Assembly: GCA_002269645.1 (NCBI GenBank)
Contig: NIVC01000029.1
Coordinates: forward strand, 682,001 to 746,000
DNA from: Macrostomum lignano
Taxonomy: Eukaryota
DNA length: 64,000 nt
Direction: 5' to 3'
The notes under the pieces: generated by a model
What the model was told of the DNA's origin: nothing
Seen by the model: only the letters and a program-made list of their open reading frames with translations
Databases searched by the model: none
In this document: piece by piece, positions 59,922 to 64,000 of the stretch
Layout of the letters: the number at the start of each line of letters is the position of its first letter
Numbering within the stretch: the stretch's first letter is position 1
Translations under genes and position numbers: made by a program

Positions 59922-61202
59922 CAGTGTTGGGCACTTCCGTTACCGAGTAACTTGTAAATGGTAACGCAAGTTACTTTTTCGTAAAGCGTTCCTTACGCAA
60001 GTTACTTTCCTATTTTGGTAACGGAGTAACGGTAAGTTACTCAAATTTCGGAAGTCCGTTACAGTTACTTTGCAACAATCGCAATATTTAAATTTAAAAC
60101 TGATATGCTTAGCTATTACGCCAGTTGTCACATTTTTAGCATTTTTCATTCCTAAATTCAAAACTAAGTGAATAATATCATACGGTATTACGCTGTAATT
60201 AATAAAGAAATACTTGAAACATGTTTTTACTTTGTTATTTTCGGTAAAATATTTTTGCTTTTCGTTTTTAAGTTAATAAAAATATTTTGTTTAGTTCTTA
60301 GAAACAAACAACCAAAGAAAGAAATTCATCTGTAGTCTCCACAAATCCACTCAGTGATCGACGTAGCCAGGAATTTTAATTGGGGGGGGGGCGGGTTGGC
60401 CTGGCTGGCCATGCCTCATGTTATTGCCACTTTTAGCGCCGCAGGCACTCATTTTAGCGCCGCAAGCACTTATTTAAGCGCCGCAGGCACTTATTTAAGC
60501 GCCGCAGGCACTCATTTAAGCGCCGCAGGCACTCAAATCGCCTCATGGTTTTTGGTACCCGCCACGCCCAACCCCACCCCCCCCCCAGGTGGGGTGTCTT
60601 GCAGGTGGGGTGAAGTTGCCGCCCCAACGATTGTTAAGGCGGCCTCCCTGGCTACACCACTAAAGTCCACTGGCACTGCACTGCACTGCACAATAATTTA
60701 ATATTAATGATAATAATTGAAAATAAATAAAAATACTAGTAAAGCAGACTGTAGAGTGGAGTAAAGCCAGATACTTATTACGAGCGATGTATTATCAAGG
60801 ACAACTGAAGTTACGTTAAGTTGTCCTTGTGTATTATAACTTATAATGTTATTAAAAATTAAATTGCGTTTTGCCTTTAACGTTTCTGACCTTCAGCTTC
60901 TCTTCTTTTTACGGAAAGGGCCTAAAGTGATTAAAATTTAATACAGTTACTGAAATTAATGTTGTTGTATTCTTCCTCCTGGCTTTCGCGATCATTTGTG
61001 CTGTTCCATCACATTTGCAATGTTAAAAAAAGCAGAAAATTTTGTTAATAACATAGGTAACGGAAGTAAGTAACGGAAGTAACTTAAAAGTTACCGGGTT
61101 TTTGTTCAAAGTTACTAGGCTAACGTAAGTTACTTTTTAAAAAGTGGTAACTTAAGTTACAGTAACGCAAGTTACTTTTTTTGAGTAACTTGCCCAACAC
61201 TG
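59922..61202. mobile_element. hAT-type non-autonomous element with GTAAC/GTTAC subterminal repeats
   Basis: TIR CAGTGTTGGG / CCCAACACTG; perfect 8-bp TSD GCCCTACC at 59914-59921 and 61203-61210. Confidence 0.92.
60352..60663. mobile_element. Small hAT-like MITE nested in the above, with an internal ~21-bp array
   Basis: Ends CAGTG...CGTAGCCAGG / CCTGGCTACACCACT; flanks AATCCACT and AGTCCACT (7/8); TTAGCGCCGCAGGCACTCATT repeated ~5 times at ~60436-60532. Confidence 0.7.
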
Positions 61203-62829
61203 GCCCTACCATTAAGATATAGCGTTGGTAGGCCCCCCTAGTCGTAAATCTAATTTGTTACCGAAGTGGTCAATTTTTTACCGAAGGGCGAAGTGTCTTA
61301 CTTGGCTGTTACTGAAGTAGAGATTGTATTCATTATCATATAGGCCGACCATTGTACAAAAAAACTAATAAGCTGTGGATTACACAGAATTATTCTGTCG
61401 TCGAATTTGCCCATGATGACTCTGTCGCCGAATTTGTATGGCGCTTGTCGTTGGTCAGCACCCACTAGGAAGCCGCGGCTGACGGACGGCGAAATTTTTA
61501 CAAGAAATTTTAAATTCAAATTTTTTTTATAAATTGATTTTTTGTATTAAATCGTTAAATAATTATATTTTGTAAGTTTAGCAGTAAATTATTTCTAAAC
61601 TAAAAGCTTTGTTTTAATAAGTATGTTTCTAAATTTAAAAATTAGGTTCTCGTGTAGCGCTATTTAATATTATGACGCCGCGGACACGGGCACTGAAAAC
61701 CGTGTTATCTGATTTCTATACTATCCTGTCTGTCTCTAATCAGTTGAATGAATTATTGCTTTTTTTCTGTTTACAAAAGGGAACCGCAACTGTCTATATT
61801 AAATATTTAGGGCCTAGCCTTAAAAGCTAGTGGCCTAGTATTTATTTAGTGGGCCAAGTGTTAGGGCTAAACAAGCCTAATATTAATAAGTTTAAATCAG
61901 TAGGCCTAGCTCATATTTTTTCTCACAATGGACCCAAGAATGTAAGTTTGGTTTTTTTACAAATCTTTAGGCCTTTAGTCTTAAAGAAAGTAGGTCTAAT
62001 AGTCTAGTATACTTTCTTATTTCTACAATAAGGCTAGGGTGCTGAGTTCAATAAGACAACAAATTAATTTTTAACCATGTCAATGTCATATTTTAGCTTT
62101 TATTTAATGTTGGCAGTGCTTATCCCCATGGTACCATAGGCATAATTTCTGTCTTATTCCAATGGTACATACATGCACAACCTCCAACTCCAAAATTCGG
62201 TCAGCCATGCAACTTAGTTTTAACTAGGCCTAGAGGTCAGACAATCAGAAAATTTTGGTTGGGCGTAAAATTTTGTGAAATTTTTAAAGTCAGGCATGAT
62301 CATATTGTGATTGTGAATTTATATTTGCATACATGTATTTTGAGCTTATAAGTTACAAGTGTTGAAAATAACAAAACAAGAAAAGAAATATTTATAAATT
62401 GATAATAGCTAGGCCTACTCAGTAATGCTGTCAAGTCAACAAAATTAAAATTTATTGCTCTTTTACACATTTGTGTTCACATATTTTGGTAAACCAAGTA
62501 GAAAAGTTGTATTTCTAATAAAAATATAATAAAGTGGAAATTCACGACTGTCGTGAACAGGTTTCAAGGAAATAACAATCGTGAAAAAAATGGATGTGAA
62601 TTCACGAAATCGTGATCACGTCCAACCCCTAGTTTTAACAAAAAATGCAACAGTTTTTAGACAAAAATGCGACTTACATGTAAAAGAAACCCTAAAGCAA
62701 AATTTATACAGCTTTAGGTAAATGGCAGGAATAATTATGACTGTCCTATTAAAGCAAAATGCCTCATTATCTACTAACTTACTAAGTACTACTTAGGTAT
62801 TTATTTGGGTAGGCATTTTTGTAACTTAC

Positions 62830-62860
62830 CTTGGTTGGCCAGATTGGCCGACTTGGCTGA
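62830..62860 (-). other. Possible 31-nt micro-exon
   Basis: TACAACAG|TCAGCCAAGTCGGCCAATCTGGCCAACCAAG|GTAAGTT; host gene unidentified. Confidence 0.3.
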
Positions 62861-63364
62861 CTGTTGTACATGTATAAATGGTACCGTGGGAATAATTTTC
62901 TGCTTATCTATATAGAACACTAACGAGATAGCTGCTCTTATCTTATATATGCTATATGTAAATAGTTGATAGCTTATTAAAAGCAAATTTGAATTGACAA
63001 TAGGAAGCATTGATATATAAACTCAAATTAGTTCTAAATTATAAATACTTACTAAAGTAATTTACTTTAAATCATAACTCATAAGTCAAGGACAGATATA
63101 GAAAGGCAGCCAAGAAAGCCATGGCCCCCCTTCCCTTTTGCCACAACCAAAAAAATTTGGTCATACTTTTTTGGACTGCAACTATGCCAGGTCTATTTTT
63201 CAATATTGGGTTGTAGTGTTTGGTATAGTTTGGCCCTCTCCTCAAAAGTTTTCTGGATCCATGCCTGTCAACTAATGGATGGAAAAAGTGTTTTTTGCTT
63301 AAAAGGCCATTAAATTTTTACTTTTTTAAAACAAATGTTTAAGCAAAGCTATTTTGTTTTCGCC

Positions 63365-63545
63365 ATGACTAGGGACACAGCAGCCATGCCTCTAACTCTA
63401 TGTCTAAGGACACGGCCGCCGTGTCCCTAGCTACCATGCTACTCTGTGCCTAGAGCCATGGTGGCCATGTCTTTAGCTATGTGGACTCGCGGCATGGCCA
63501 AGTGTCCTTAGCTCTATGTATGGGGACACGGCGGCCATGTTCCTA
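63365..63545. repeat. Degenerate palindromic tandem repeat
   Basis: GACACGGCCGCCGTGTCCCTAGCT-like units; related decayed sequence near 23870 and 24600. Confidence 0.6.
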
Positions 63546-64000
63546 GTAATCTACCACTCACACCACACTCCAGATCATGTAGTATACGCCCAAAAATTTG
63601 GGCATGCATTGGCCTTGCACGCCAAAATTAGGCGTGCACAGTTGGTGTGCATCACTCCTAAGAAGAGAGTATGCATGCACACCTGGCATGCACTTTATGG
63701 AATCACGCATAAGAGTAATTGTGAAGTAGATAAAAGGTAAATAAGTTCATTTTTAAGTCCAAATTTCAAGCTTTCCCGTTTTTTTTAGCTCGTAAAGAGC
63801 ATTTAAACAAATTTTTGCGTGTATTAACTTTTCACCTAAAAATAGTATTGCCGAAAAAGCATAAAAGCAACCAAATTATCTGGTAATAAGGGTCTATTAC
63901 ACAATTTAAAAGAATTACTTTATTGTCACAACATAAAAAAGGTCATTTATTGTTGCAACACCAGCATATTTTTGAGAATCGGCGTGCACTACATTTTTTC

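Noticed and set aside
61385-61470. NYSVVEFAHDDSVAEFVW as a gene exon
   Set aside because: Only 26 codons before a stop with no partner exons; may be a TE relic or UTR.

Overview
Eukaryotic (metazoan) genomic DNA with GT-AG introns; no prokaryotic features or CRISPR array. GC-rich exons with Gln/Ser/Ala tracts, minisatellite-filled introns and GC-rich RTE/Gypsy relics suggest a Macrostomum-like flatworm (inference only). Recognisable genes: first coding exon of an NIM1K kinase (-), ATRAID (+, 2 exons), CERT1 (+, 3 exons), proteasome ATPase PSMC3/Rpt5 (+, 4 firm exons plus a tentative micro-exon), CFAP418/C8orf37 (-, 1 exon) and a TOM1-family VHS-GAT adaptor (-, 5 exons). Three orphan coding candidates lie at 5.0-11.3 kb. 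Mobile DNA includes a deleted Gypsy element nested in an RTE-like LINE, an older copy of that LINE, and several nested non-autonomous DNA transposons with visible TIRs and TSDs. The most notable patterns: (1) 12 of 13 inferred coding-region introns each carry their own unrelated tandem array, several built from splice-site-like units, while long intergenic tracts mostly lack them; (2) paired repeat copies show near-complete CpG decay, implying mosaic CpG methylation; (3) RFX X-box motifs near several minus-strand genes. Coordinates were read by eye; repeat edges are approximate. I found no clearly new enzymatic system.
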